IMG/VR virus record: IMGVR_UViG_3300042453_004839
Coordinates: 1-56,341 of that record
DNA: 56,341 nt
Direction: 5' to 3' (one strand)
Source of the DNA: a virus
Lineage: Duplodnaviria > Caudoviricetes
The notes below the pieces were generated by a model, which worked only from the letters and a program-made list of their open reading frames with translations, ran no database searches and was not told the DNA's origin. Below, piece by piece: positions 8,901 through 18,339 of the stretch (positions are counted from its first letter, which is position 1; each line of letters starts with the position of its first letter). A program made the position numbers and the translations under genes.

Positions 8901-11900
8901 GCAAGTTCCAAAAGTATTCTGGTAAGCTCTGCCCCCACCCGAACTGGATTAGATGCAAAAGTACTTTTAACCAACTTGGCTTCCCGGGTTGAAAGCTCGT
9001 TTAGGATTGTATAAATATCGGCAACCAAGTCTGCCCCCTTTGGGCCTACGGAATTACCAACGATTGAATACCACATCTGAACATCTTTGATTTCTTCACG
9101 CTTGCGACGGGTAATCGTGACGTGATCTCTCTCGTGTGAAATAACCGTTTTCAAAAACTCATCGTAGGCTTTGGGTTTTAATGTTGCTTTACGGCGGGTG
9201 GCGATCCATTGCGGATCGATGATAATTTCATCGGTAAGATTCGAAGCGCCAATGTCGTGATAAGGGGCACGATTGGTAAAACCGTACTTGAAGAAATATT
9301 CTAGTTTTTCTTTTTTGTTGGTAACAAAGGTAAACACGCCTTTGTCGTAGGCTTTGCCAAACACCCGCTTGAAATCCGCGTCGATCTCTTTGAGAACCTT
9401 GAGTTGCTCGGGCGTGGCGGTGCTGGGAATGTAGACATCCTCGGGCGCATCGGACCTGGCCTTGAGCTTGGGGTCGAGGACCGGAACCTCGATGGCCGGA
9501 GCCTTGATCGGGAACAGCGGTTCGGTTCTTTTCTTCTTGGCCGTCTCTTTGGCCTTCTTTATCTTTTGGCCTTTTTCCTTGGCGGTTAAAGGAGTTGCGC
9601 GGGCGGGCTTGGCCGCAGGAGCCTTGGCTTCCGCCACGACCTTTTCCACTTCGGCCAGTGCGCCGAAGTCGATAAAGGCTTCCTGTGCCCGGAGACTGCG
9701 GAGCAGACTTTCTTCCGCGTAACGGTCGGCTCCGTGGTTGGTTAAAAGGAAAAGGACATCAAGAGGGCTACGTGTGTTCAGCCGGTAACCGCGCATGACG
9801 GTTTGCAGAAAATCTCCGGCCTTGAGCGGGAGACCGAGAAAGATAAATGTACGGGGTTGATCGCCCTGCTTGTCGTCCAACTCGCCCCCAACTCCGGCGC
9901 TGGCCCGTGTCGCAATAACAACATCCGCTTCTCCCTTTTGAAATTGAATTGCGGACAAAGCTTTTTCGTCCTTATCGTCCCCGTAAATCTTGACGATCTT
10001 GGTTCCCGGTCTTTCAGCGAGAAGTGAAGCTTCCAACATGGAAGCGGTGGCCCTGGCGTTCTCGCCCGAGAACATCTTGCTTTTGTTAATATAGTCCACC
10101 CAAATGACAACTCTGCGTTTGCGTTTGTCCAGTTCCTTGACGGTGGCCTTGACGGCGTCGGGAATCTTGTAGCGCTCCAAAATAAACTTTTGCGCCCCCA
10201 ACAAGGCTTCTCCCTTTTCGGCATCGACAATGGTCGCGTTGCCGAAACTTCCGGCAACCGCTTTGAGTTCTTCTTTAACCTCGGGGGTAAGCTTTACCGG
10301 AAGAGCCTTGAAGTTAACCCCACCCTTAAGGGAAGTCGCCTCGGACGAGTAGTCACCACGCTCGGCCCATTTTGCAACCGCAATGCTGAGGCGTCTGTCG
10401 GCTTCAATCTTATCGACACCGATCTGGGCATCAATCGCCTTGAGGGTTTTCCAGTCCCGCTTATCAAAGGCTTTTGCCTGCTTGTCCCGAAGATCGGAAA
10501 GCTGTTTCTCGTCGAACGCGACATCCGAAGGAGGTATGGGAAGATATTCTTCTGCCCGTCCGCCACGGAGCTTTTGCAATTTATAGCCGTGACGTAAAAT
10601 AAATTCTTCGATATCGACTTCCGTCTTGCCGCCGTAAAGTTCCTTGCCTTCAAACATTTCACGGGCGTAAGACCCCAGATGCAGGATGGAGTCAACCGGT
10701 GTTCCGGTGGCCTTGATGACCTGGCCGGTTTTGGTACGGGCATTTATGAGATCAATCAGCTTGGCCCATTTTCCATTCTCCAGGTTTCTTGCTGTCTGGA
10801 ACTCGTCCCAGATCACCAAAGTATCCTGATCCACAATCTTAGAAAGTTGTGCGAGATGTCTGCTTTCGTAGGTGGTTACGATAATTTTGTCGAAGGTGGC
10901 TTCGGTAAGAGGCTTGTAAACACCACCGCGCAACTCGATTGGTATGCCTAATTTGTTAGCGTCATCCTGAATAACATGACGGATTAAGCCCTTTCTCCAA
11001 TCCGGGCGTATAACTTCTGACGGAGCAACAATAATTACTTTTTTCTTTTCCTTTATGGCAAGATCTCCGACAGACAGAAAGATCCTAGTTTTTCCACGCC
11101 CAGGTCCGAGAGCCAAGACTTTGGAGGCGGATGGCACGTTTTCTAAAGCCCACTTGGTCTGGACGACATGGAATTTTTGCCGCTCCTTGAGCTCTTTAAC
11201 AATTTGAGGACCGAGGCGACGCAGGATCTTGTCGGTCGTCTTTTTGCCGTAATCAAAACCTTCCTGCTGGGCCGTTACGATGTAAGGTTTTTCTGGTACT
11301 GGCTTGCTAGAAACCGGTTCATATCCTCGTTCCTCGCGCTCCGGTCCAGGATCTGGATCGTGTTTTCCAAGCTTTGTTGGGTCACCTGGGATTTTCCGGT
11401 ACTCGGTTCCTCGGGCAATTGCCCCAACACGTTTGTTGACAGCCCGTTCAAGAGCTCGGTTCGCAAGTCTAGATTTGCCTTCCTTGGTTCGAAGGTCAGC
11501 GGCTCGAATGGGCTCTGCGCGTTTACGTTCTCCGATGTTTGCACGATTTACTGCTCCTTTGATTTGGTTGTCCAGGGCGAGAAGTCTGGCCCGGTACTTA
11601 TAGGCACCGTCAATTTTAGCCTGTAGGTCCTTGCCCTGGAGGGTGGTTTCATATTCTGCTTTGGCTTCGTTTATCTGTTTTTGATAGAAATTGAAGGAGT
11701 CCTGATCCAGCACCAGATCCTTTTTCTTACCGGGTGTTGCGGCGCTGATAAGGTTGATGCCTTCAAGCTGTTCGCGGATCGTCTCCAACCGCTGGTTTTG
11801 CTCCTCAAACACCGGCTTCCCGCGTTCATTGTCGCTAAGAACATTGAGTGCACGCAAAACCGCTTCCGGGGGATTGAGCGCCCGTAATTCTTTTACAAAC

Positions 11901-14900
11901 CCGAGCTTGGCCAATTCAGTCCAGTTAAGAACCGAGGACAATCTTTCCAGATCACCCTTGTTGCGTTCGTTCTGGATTTTGTTGATGAGGTTGGCCAGAG
12001 GCAGGCGTTCTTGCGGCAAAAAGAGACCGGACTCGTCCATCTTGCGGAACTTCGAGAACGCAGGGCGAATCTCCTTCTCTGAAATAAGTCCGTCGGATTC
12101 CTGATTGACTTCTTTGGCCGCTTCAACATTTGTCTTTTCGGCGTACCTTGCATTAGCTTCGTCCAGCTTTTCCTGGACTTTTTCCTCGAAAGCAGAGGCT
12201 ATGCGGTTAAGTTCGGACTTGAATTTTTTCGCGTCCAGTTTAAATGACTTTGCGTCTTTCGAGAGTTTATTCTTGTCGATCTCTCCCGGATTGGCCAAGT
12301 AATATTCAAATAGTTTTTTATCCGCCGATGTTTTAAGCCCGGCTTCAAACTCCGTCGTGGCGGCCTTAACCGCATCGATTGCAATCTGCCTTGTGGCTTC
12401 CGGTATGTTTTCCTGACTCTGTTCCAGCTCAACCTGTTTTTCGGCTTCTGAAATGTCCTGGTCAATTACCCCGGCCCGGATTGCAACCGGATTCCCGGGA
12501 AGATCGATTGCAGCTTCGGAAACAGACCCAACCTTATACTTGGCCCGCGTCAAAGCTTTTCGGCGAAGATCCCTCATGTTGGAGAAGAAAATATTCTCCA
12601 AGTCCACGGCGGCTCCGCTTTTGCCCTCCCGAACCATGAGCGTAAACTCGTCGATCGACGCTGAGATTGCTTTATCAAAGCCACCGGCTTTTTGGATGAT
12701 CTCCCACTGTGGGTTGCCAAGAGAGTTTCTGGCCAGGCGATTGATCTGCTCCATGGCCGCGGCCACGGGGCCCATCACAGGCACATTATTTTCGTCAATG
12801 GCCCCAATACCTTTGAGGTAATCAAGCTCAGATTCACTCAGTTTCCCGCCTGTACCAAAAACCTGCTGGATTGCTGCCGGATCGTCCTCTAAGAAAGGAT
12901 TCGGTTTGCTCTTTTGATACCTCTCATAAAGAGGCTCTCCCTCAATCGCAATTGGGAGATTAAAGTATTTTTCTTTTTCAAGAGTCTTGGGGAGCACTTT
13001 TTTACGCTTTGTACGGACGGTCTCAGTCTCGGTCTCCTGGTCAACTTCAGCAGCAATTTCATCCAAACGCTGTTGGACGCCACGCTTTACGATTTCTTCC
13101 TGGGTACTTGCAAGTGCGGCTTCTTTCTCCTGGGCCGCGGCAAGTTCCTGCTGGGCCTGCGGAAGTTGAAGGGTCGGCACCTCCAAAACCTTTCGCTTAA
13201 GCTGTTCGACTTCTTTCTTGGTCTTTTTCTTGGAGATTTCGGCCTCGGCCATCGCCTTCGGTTTCAGCAGTCTTTCTTTCTCAAGATCACGCTCTGCTTG
13301 TTTCTCAGGCTGGGTAACTCCAATCTGGGCTTGGATCGCATCCAGCCCAGCCTTTGTTCTACCCTCAACCCCATAAATTTGGTCGCGAACTTCTTCCTGT
13401 CTTTCAAAGGAAAGACCGCTGTCCTCAAGGTCGGCTTCCAGCGCCTGCCGTCTGGAGTCAAGCGGATCGGTCTTTGCAAACACTCCAAACCCACGTCCAG
13501 ACTTGTCGCGAATCCCATCGATCTCGTAGGCGTTGGAACCTTCGGTTTCAACACCGGAAAGTCTTCCTTCGTCGTCTAGATAATCTAAAATCCTTTTGTT
13601 CTCAACGGTAAGAGGAAACTGAATGACGTCTTGCCCGGATTTCTTCGCGGCTTCCAGCGCGGGGATAATCTGATTTATGACGGTCTCTTCAGCCGCCTGC
13701 TCAAGACTGATCGTCTCTTTCGGTGCAGGGAGGGCAAGCTGGCCCGGAGTTACGGGAGCTACTGGTGTGACCGCCGCACCTTCCGGCGGCAGAACCTCCA
13801 CGGGAACTGTTTTGGCCTCCTCGACTTTCTTCTTTACGAGAGAATCGAGAGCCGGCTTAGATGCCTTGTCGACCTGCTCCTGGGCTACCTTGGCGGTTTG
13901 AGGAAGTACGCTTTTATCAACCGAGTACTTAAGATTCACTGCGTCGAACAATGCCTTGGCCTCGTCGGTCGGGAGGGTGTTACGGAAGTTTTTGAGTTGC
14001 TGATCGCGCTGGCGGAAGGTGAAGCGAGTGTCCTGTTTGACCGAGGAAACCGTATCCTCAAACGTTTTGGTCAGATCCTTGCGGGCAAAATCCAAAACCT
14101 CGTCAACCTGGGCCTGGGTAGCCCTGCGGCCTCCGATCGAGGAAACCCCGAACATACCGAGGGACACGCCCAAAGAAGTTGCAAGATCCTCACCAAAACC
14201 TTCCTGTGGATTTTGTCCGGCAAAGATCCGGTCGATCTGGCTGGAAATGGTTTCACCGATCGTTGAGCCGGTGACAAATGCGGCGTTCTTGTACAACGGA
14301 GCCAGTTTTGGCACGGCGGAAGCCAGTGCTGTCCCGGCGATCTTGGCTCCCATTGCCCTTGTGACAAGGGCGGCTTCAGCGGCCTCGCCGAGTTTTTCGG
14401 AAACACCAAGTCCCGCAATCTTTTCAAAGGAGTTTAAAAGATTCTGCTCCCAGCTTAACGGACGAACTTCCTCTGCGGCTTCTCCGCCGCCGTAAAGAGT
14501 GTAGGTTCCAATCCGGGAAAGACGGTTGGGAACGCGGATAAGTTTGCCACCGACATTGATCGGGGTTCCTAGGGCACGAGCGGCCCCGGCACCGATACCG
14601 GCAAACCCGGCCACACTTCCGGTGGCCGATCCGGCGACCGACGGAAGGTAATAGTCTTCCATGATCGTGTCGTTGATCTTTTGAATGAGGGCACTTCTGC
14701 GTCCGACCTGATCGGGATCCTTTTCATCGTCGATAAAGATATTGTCGGTGGTGACAAGAGGAAGGGCGCTCCCAGCCTTGGCAAAGAAAACCCGGAGCGA
14801 GGATTCAGTTACGGGCTTTTCACGGTCGGCGCGGAGTTGTTTGAGATAATCCTCGGCTTCGGCTAGGTTCATCCCTGTGTTGTACTGGGTGACAAAACCT

Positions 14901-15562
14901 TCCAGGCCCTTTGTCCTGACAATCATCTTGGGCTTCTGGCCTTCCGGGGCAATAGATTCGCCACTGTCGAGCTTGTCGGTGTAAATGTCGCCAAATTCCA
15001 GGGCTTCCGCCGCCAACTTGGGATCGGTAATCTGCCCGATCAGATTTGTGGAGGCGGCTGAAAGTCCGGCAGCTTCCGCTTCTTCTTTATTTCTCCCAAC
15101 AGCCAAATTGAAATAGTTGGTAAGCACAGAACCAACGCCACCCAAAAAGGCTTTGGTCGCGCCCAAGACATCCCCGTCATCAACGGCTTTCCTGAGATTC
15201 TGGGCGGCATTGATGGGGCCGGGTTCGGCCAGAAAGTAGTCGTAGGCTTTCTTGTACCGATCTTTCAAGTCCCCGCTCTGGATGGTGGTAAGGATCGATC
15301 CCAGAGCGCTGACGCCGACCGGATCGTCCCGAAGCTTTAAAAGATTGGAGGCAAAGTCTTCGTAACCCGTTTGCTCCTGATCCAGGGCCAAAGCCTGGTT
15401 GAACAAATCCTCGTTGGAAAATGCCGGCTCGACAGGAGCTTCTGCCTCAACCGGCTCAGCCATCAAAGTGCTGGCTTGGTTAAAAAGATCTTCTTGGGAG
15501 AATGTTTCTTGGGGAAGCGTCTCTTGTTCCGGCACTTCCGCTTTAAAAGGATCTTCCGCCAT
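2981..15562 (-). CDS. Giant (4193 aa) polyvalent internal/ejection protein with SF2 helicase-like and HExxH domains
   Basis: Located after the two smaller ejection-type genes. SF2 motifs ALGPGRGKT, LVIWDEFQ, ATGTP, ATRASAGVG and LQTVMRGYR; also SHERDH (HExxH) and long coiled-coil regions. Confidence 0.85.
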   Translation of the reverse strand: MAEDPFKAEVPEQETLPQETFSQEDLFNQASTLMAEPVEAEAPVEPAFSNEDLFNQALALDQEQTGYEDFASNLLKLRDDPVGVSALGSILTTIQSGDLKDRYKKAYDYFLAEPGPINAAQNLRKAVDDGDVLGATKAFLGGVGSVLTNYFNLAVGRNKEEAEAAGLSAASTNLIGQITDPKLAAEALEFGDIYTDKLDSGESIAPEGQKPKMIVRTKGLEGFVTQYNTGMNLAEAEDYLKQLRADREKPVTESSLRVFFAKAGSALPLVTTDNIFIDDEKDPDQVGRRSALIQKINDTIMEDYYLPSVAGSATGSVAGFAGIGAGAARALGTPINVGGKLIRVPNRLSRIGTYTLYGGGEAAEEVRPLSWEQNLLNSFEKIAGLGVSEKLGEAAEAALVTRAMGAKIAGTALASAVPKLAPLYKNAAFVTGSTIGETISSQIDRIFAGQNPQEGFGEDLATSLGVSLGMFGVSSIGGRRATQAQVDEVLDFARKDLTKTFEDTVSSVKQDTRFTFRQRDQQLKNFRNTLPTDEAKALFDAVNLKYSVDKSVLPQTAKVAQEQVDKASKPALDSLVKKKVEEAKTVPVEVLPPEGAAVTPVAPVTPGQLALPAPKETISLEQAAEETVINQIIPALEAAKKSGQDVIQFPLTVENKRILDYLDDEGRLSGVETEGSNAYEIDGIRDKSGRGFGVFAKTDPLDSRRQALEADLEDSGLSFERQEEVRDQIYGVEGRTKAGLDAIQAQIGVTQPEKQAERDLEKERLLKPKAMAEAEISKKKTKKEVEQLKRKVLEVPTLQLPQAQQELAAAQEKEAALASTQEEIVKRGVQQRLDEIAAEVDQETETETVRTKRKKVLPKTLEKEKYFNLPIAIEGEPLYERYQKSKPNPFLEDDPAAIQQVFGTGGKLSESELDYLKGIGAIDENNVPVMGPVAAAMEQINRLARNSLGNPQWEIIQKAGGFDKAISASIDEFTLMVREGKSGAAVDLENIFFSNMRDLRRKALTRAKYKVGSVSEAAIDLPGNPVAIRAGVIDQDISEAEKQVELEQSQENIPEATRQIAIDAVKAATTEFEAGLKTSADKKLFEYYLANPGEIDKNKLSKDAKSFKLDAKKFKSELNRIASAFEEKVQEKLDEANARYAEKTNVEAAKEVNQESDGLISEKEIRPAFSKFRKMDESGLFLPQERLPLANLINKIQNERNKGDLERLSSVLNWTELAKLGFVKELRALNPPEAVLRALNVLSDNERGKPVFEEQNQRLETIREQLEGINLISAATPGKKKDLVLDQDSFNFYQKQINEAKAEYETTLQGKDLQAKIDGAYKYRARLLALDNQIKGAVNRANIGERKRAEPIRAADLRTKEGKSRLANRALERAVNKRVGAIARGTEYRKIPGDPTKLGKHDPDPGPEREERGYEPVSSKPVPEKPYIVTAQQEGFDYGKKTTDKILRRLGPQIVKELKERQKFHVVQTKWALENVPSASKVLALGPGRGKTRIFLSVGDLAIKEKKKVIIVAPSEVIRPDWRKGLIRHVIQDDANKLGIPIELRGGVYKPLTEATFDKIIVTTYESRHLAQLSKIVDQDTLVIWDEFQTARNLENGKWAKLIDLINARTKTGQVIKATGTPVDSILHLGSYAREMFEGKELYGGKTEVDIEEFILRHGYKLQKLRGGRAEEYLPIPPSDVAFDEKQLSDLRDKQAKAFDKRDWKTLKAIDAQIGVDKIEADRRLSIAVAKWAERGDYSSEATSLKGGVNFKALPVKLTPEVKEELKAVAGSFGNATIVDAEKGEALLGAQKFILERYKIPDAVKATVKELDKRKRRVVIWVDYINKSKMFSGENARATASMLEASLLAERPGTKIVKIYGDDKDEKALSAIQFQKGEADVVIATRASAGVGGELDDKQGDQPRTFIFLGLPLKAGDFLQTVMRGYRLNTRSPLDVLFLLTNHGADRYAEESLLRSLRAQEAFIDFGALAEVEKVVAEAKAPAAKPARATPLTAKEKGQKIKKAKETAKKKRTEPLFPIKAPAIEVPVLDPKLKARSDAPEDVYIPSTATPEQLKVLKEIDADFKRVFGKAYDKGVFTFVTNKKEKLEYFFKYGFTNRAPYHDIGASNLTDEIIIDPQWIATRRKATLKPKAYDEFLKTVISHERDHVTITRRKREEIKDVQMWYSIVGNSVGPKGADLVADIYTILNELSTREAKLVKSTFASNPVRVGAELTRILLELAYKGSITEQALNLTPAQKQILDEKLSTLLRLLDIEPKKTLSKWMDQAVSVFQMWPKSAVLPASYMKDAEEVVKRFDRIKVEDLIVAQFRAPKIKVDKDSPSNEIELQIENIREQLAPLQRDDLSPDEDTDRKSLMRQQRDLIKQLEEARARESKKIEVPKKKAKPSIPQSFLPYLKMSSIELQMEIGEMDFRKVEKMLGEAGATIDEKDTKKAELANKQTLLDQIIKYQGVSARASFPDDGKPINLNRPSNILDRNDLKVVRQLDNVLSGKTNEFLGRPVRMDMYGPVIDAGELNLGIVTNEVTKKISQFESTLLNQAASDVLGESNQSMYVDEFKRKVMEIAEALVATRGDDVIPEAAMVSVTTPLPEDADPRDPDPTAPASMRGVYTVTVGEINPGNTTGASPKHATSMFVFRTITKRNIRYKGQLYRKGSEADAKKLISVLEAEDPTFEKFAKRRADYASFPDTDTPEKEEKFRTRAGGVNLIASLMSYIPNAAIRERMLESLVYRQVPVEEQLETGRNYISKVGIVKATSEFFADSIPLDLPGRASVGFSLVPYFTRLAADGDVDAQATLDEIVQKLSRTYGTDPGRAVQLWRVGPDVAAQSPQVFLKLLEGQLEAATKIRMKPFIPDIQETFDEIQEADQVAANAFASAKETNDVLGQIEAIRRQTEAEKLRIADLDSEIANYINSESANELNDIFGDITNLASLPTSGEGEGDGLGFDDSTINKLSNVLLKVIRLGFAKNPEIVQKEKLRTVVLLSPFFSQAKNKEEVLRVFNHHFEAAYSVAATAFRDEQKAKLEELRQTAEEKEAELSGLQTGKVTRRKPTPEAVQLPRTRGEAKRRSKQIEKELDSESPVEVSDEPGTLMSLTTATAKALVKYADRVRNPQQRDALKEFASKLRRMMIGRTKEKGGLEAPIEDVVKPSAAQSLKELIAQYPEVLEFVNDVRATLDEKYTPEQVEGLEPLIEEALGRPFTISNLSRVIRSLETIGGPKVNINRLIRESQGNVAQFEADLKAALLDGTNLSPREQDEVKKYLSEGLAEMIQTKREEALDKMREKIAKKSEKKAKKYKTALDRLRENVNLGVLRYDELYSQIHQTLGLPEIGIEERMKLEEMVKALDRYPKGRILNEKVEEIYQYIKLIAPVSLGELAVSYQTANYLQGLGTLAVNCVSAVEGVVVDGWIAGVSASIKTRFGGPEQKLQALGIRMARQALKDAWWGKDIEGKGMARKYASQIWKFGRFPSDSAVLKETGGMNIFEAMLREAEAGRAGKRGLEPATLIVRKPKVPAWAEALTDYVSALIPSFVANPVKEFITINENEIKINLQAAWEPKSETLKSLAKLFPTKFIAPPLPLKDIPFIGKFFGKLGKVADLPAYPFNSFLGPYILASRLMATGDALTKMGVKPNAEIIEAAYLVAKRNPLLSEEQFIEEVNILRNYTKDSIERAGRLAAIDAATFGLDPDQTLLRQQEILEQNREQNELTKQMEENARTRALRASYQDDFYGVVGAIAGSIDALARTSWMPQLVFKFLRTSSNLTNAALTFTPIISNWRMMRGVGRILASEAPRYYRPPPLPGTPEYDLLQGRMITGWSAMALLASLVAAALNDDDENPFFFIHIKGPRDPQARKAYFEMGGKTRCLQIGKIGEPFAPGGIKLWDGPLFISFEALPPGLTGVLLPTGYMAEALRYDDKSTAEAVATSMATAGLATAIGFVDLTALQGMRNIMRLISPPPNAGADDLLQSFGTALSGILAGVVVPYYPTVRDLESIYDGLTGTPRSRLPKDGFMSSLAASFPVVAKFGKPDLDHLGGRVSSQLANNLPVAKRFFSVGVDTDAYDNSDEPTEQAIHDKLITMFAKHGRVITWNAGELREMAMLELAVQASQGIPIDKSPYELLALNRDLTWEEKYDWVEQAGPLIQAELARYIPAMENAKDNAEFDYILAQTKVNDIKRAVLKKVVLESISKQGLEKVQMP

Positions 15563-15603
15563 AACCCTGTCTATTTAAGCGGAACCGTATTACGAGGTCA
15601 ACT

Positions 15604-17283
15604 TTATTCCGCTTCGGTACCAGGAAAACCGGCAGGAGTCATGGCTTCCTCCACCATATTGGGTGTCCGGGGCGAGAAGGTTGCCGCCTGCCGTTGACCC
15701 ATCCGGCTCACGATACGGTTGCGAAGGGCGGTGAGGTTTATTTTGGTGGGCTGTCCGTCCTTCACATAGGTCTTGTTTCCGGCCTTGATTTGCCGGTCAA
15801 CCTCGTCCAGAAGGGCCTGATTTTTGCGGTAATCGGTTGTGTCGGTCGGGGTGGGAGGAGTGGGCGAAGGTTGCTGGGGGGACGGGGCAACAGGGGCAGC
15901 CGTCGGGGCTCCAGCTTGAGCCACGCCAAGCAACGCTACATTTGAAAAATTCACTTTAGGTGCTGTGGTTGCCTGCGGTTGAACCCCTCCGGGGGTCGTG
16001 GCCGTGGCCTTTTCCCCGCGAGCAAGCTTCATAATGTCGACAATCTTAGAAAGCTGATCCTCTTCTTCCACCTTAGCGACACCGGAAGTCATCATTTTAT
16101 CCCTAAACTTGTTGATGCGATCCTTGATTTCTTCGGAAATGTTATTGTTTTCGTCAAGAATTCCTGACCGGAAAGAAATAGAGCTGATATCAGGAGCGCG
16201 AAATTTTGGCGATACTGAACCGTCCTCTTGTTTAATCGTGTAGTTTGGGTTAAGAATCTGGGCGTATTCATATCCGGCCAGCTCTTTGGCAATATTCTTT
16301 AGATCATTTTCAGCCCTAAGTTTATTCTCCCTAAGCATCAAATCGTCCTGCTTTTGGATATATTCCTCAGTTCCACGTTCGCTCTCGGGTGCGGAGGCAA
16401 GAACATTAAATTCTTCCTGGATTTCCGGAGAAAGTTCTTTTGCCGTACCGATCGCCAAGAAAGATTCTCTGGCGTCCAGCTTTTTTAAATCTTTCAATTC
16501 TCTTTGTCGGAGATCCAAGGAAGAAAGTACACTGTTGATGGCATCGCGGGAACTCGGGTCCTTGATGGAGGACAAGAGATTGGCGGCTTTGGTGCGGGTA
16601 TCGGCGAGCCTTTGGTTTCGGTCGGCGTATGAAAAATTCTGAAGATTGGAGATTAAATCCCCGGATTCCGTGAAAAAGTTTTCCATTTGTGGGCGGAGAA
16701 GCGCGAGCTTCTGCATCTCATTGGCCTTTTCAATCCCGGAAGCTATCTGGCTGGCCTGATTGATCATCGCGCCATAGTCCATTACTTCCGCGGTATCTTT
16801 TTGGGCTTCGGCATACCATTTTTGAAGACCGGCGTAATCGTTATTGTTCAAAAGATTGCCGAACTCGGCCAAACGCACGTTCTGGTTCTTTTTGCTGAGA
16901 CGTTCCAAAAGGTCATTTTGAATGACTCTTTCTTCCTTGGCGACATCAAGGTTGTATTTTCTTTCGTTAAGATCTCTGGCCAAAGCGTCCTTGTAAAGCT
17001 CGTATTGCTGATTCTTGGCATCGTAGTCCAGTTTATCCTTGGCTTGCTGGGCTTTGTTGGCCTCCTGCAAATAATTAAACTCAAGCTGGCGTTCATTTAG
17101 ACCCGCCTGCATGGCGGCAGTATCCCGGCTGGCGTTAAGCTGGGCGTACTGAAGAGCCCTGTTCGCGTTCTGTTGCTGTTCCTGTTGAAACAGCTGTTGC
17201 TTTTTGAGGTTGTCTTCCTGTAAGTCGCTCAGGATTCCGCGAACCTGGCTGACGTAATCGGGAGCGTTGGGGGTAATTGCCAT
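15604..17283 (-). CDS. Putative internal virion/ejection protein
   Basis: 559 aa, Gln-rich coiled-coil N-terminus; podovirus-like position between the tail genes and the giant protein. Confidence 0.65.
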   Translation of the reverse strand: MAITPNAPDYVSQVRGILSDLQEDNLKKQQLFQQEQQQNANRALQYAQLNASRDTAAMQAGLNERQLEFNYLQEANKAQQAKDKLDYDAKNQQYELYKDALARDLNERKYNLDVAKEERVIQNDLLERLSKKNQNVRLAEFGNLLNNNDYAGLQKWYAEAQKDTAEVMDYGAMINQASQIASGIEKANEMQKLALLRPQMENFFTESGDLISNLQNFSYADRNQRLADTRTKAANLLSSIKDPSSRDAINSVLSSLDLRQRELKDLKKLDARESFLAIGTAKELSPEIQEEFNVLASAPESERGTEEYIQKQDDLMLRENKLRAENDLKNIAKELAGYEYAQILNPNYTIKQEDGSVSPKFRAPDISSISFRSGILDENNNISEEIKDRINKFRDKMMTSGVAKVEEEDQLSKIVDIMKLARGEKATATTPGGVQPQATTAPKVNFSNVALLGVAQAGAPTAAPVAPSPQQPSPTPPTPTDTTDYRKNQALLDEVDRQIKAGNKTYVKDGQPTKINLTALRNRIVSRMGQRQAATFSPRTPNMVEEAMTPAGFPGTEAE

Positions 17284-17286
17284 AAA

Positions 17287-18336
17287 TTAAGCTCTAGATA
17301 CTTGTTGTTGCGGGGCATATCCAACCCAATAATTATTAGGGTCTCGATAGCTTCTGGGATCGGCGGGTCGGGATGCTGAATATTGCCCGGGGGTGAAGGT
17401 TTGGAAACCTCGACCCAGAACGTATTGACCCGGCAGAGGCTGGCTTTGCCAGGCATTCAAGAGGTTCGCGTTGGCAATTTGTTGATTGTACTGGGCCTGG
17501 CTCGTCAACGTGTCAAACACCTGTTGCGGACTTACCATTAGGTTGGCGACTGAAACCGGAGACGCCAGTTGCATGGCTTGCTGGGTAAGTCCAACGCTTC
17601 TTCCGAGAAGATCCGCTCCAGTTTGCTGGAGATTAAGGGCAGTAAGCCCGAAATCTCTCGCCGTCAATCCACGCCCCAAACCTCCTCCGGCAAGGCCAGT
17701 TTGTAGGTTTGTGGCGGCAGTCGATCTTGCGATTCCTTGTGCCACCGAAGAGGGAATTCGTGCGCCCAGATAATCATAAGCCAGGTTGCCCAAAGCAGCC
17801 AAACTGGGCCGGAATTGCGGAAGATAAGACTCAAAAGCCTGCCGTGTCGGGGCGTTGTATCTTTCGGCGAGACCGGCCAACTGTTCGGGCTGGTTAACTT
17901 CAGAAAGTCGTTTGGTAAAGTCTTCATACGGAACTTGTAATTCAGCCAATTTAGGAGATTCTCCACGACTGAATTCAAGGGGGCCAGCCGATGGGGCTAC
18001 CGGAGTTGGCATATGCCCACCCCACTTAACTTTGGAAGTGGACGCACGGGTGGGTTTGTATTTTGCAGCTTGTGTGGAAGGTTGCATCGAGGTAAGCGTT
18101 CCAGGTGAAGTCGACTCGTAAATTGGATTACCTTGCGGCCCAAATCCGGAGATTCGAAAAGCTCCGCCAGGAGTAACACTTCCGACATCAGGTTTCGAAA
18201 ACAAACCACGGGTGGACGACGGGGCCGCGGGAGCAGGAGAACCTATGCTGGAAACAAATGCCCCAAAAGAAGGAGGTTTGGGGGCAAATTGTTTGAGCAC
18301 GTCTGTTAGGCTTGAGGCTGAGCTAAATAGCGACAT
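17287..18336 (-). CDS. Putative DNA-pilot/ejection protein
   Basis: 349 aa, Ser/Gly/Ala/Gln-rich, GLAGGGLGRGLTARDFGLT; gene position. Confidence 0.6.
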   Translation of the reverse strand: MSLFSSASSLTDVLKQFAPKPPSFGAFVSSIGSPAPAAPSSTRGLFSKPDVGSVTPGGAFRISGFGPQGNPIYESTSPGTLTSMQPSTQAAKYKPTRASTSKVKWGGHMPTPVAPSAGPLEFSRGESPKLAELQVPYEDFTKRLSEVNQPEQLAGLAERYNAPTRQAFESYLPQFRPSLAALGNLAYDYLGARIPSSVAQGIARSTAATNLQTGLAGGGLGRGLTARDFGLTALNLQQTGADLLGRSVGLTQQAMQLASPVSVANLMVSPQQVFDTLTSQAQYNQQIANANLLNAWQSQPLPGQYVLGRGFQTFTPGQYSASRPADPRSYRDPNNYWVGYAPQQQVSRA

Positions 18337-18339
18337 AAA

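Noticed and set aside
2981-15562. Virion RNA polymerase (N4- or crAss-like) or tape measure
   Set aside because: No DxDGD or T7-type polymerase motifs were seen and there are no long-tail genes; a highly divergent RNAP cannot be fully excluded without HMM or structure searches.
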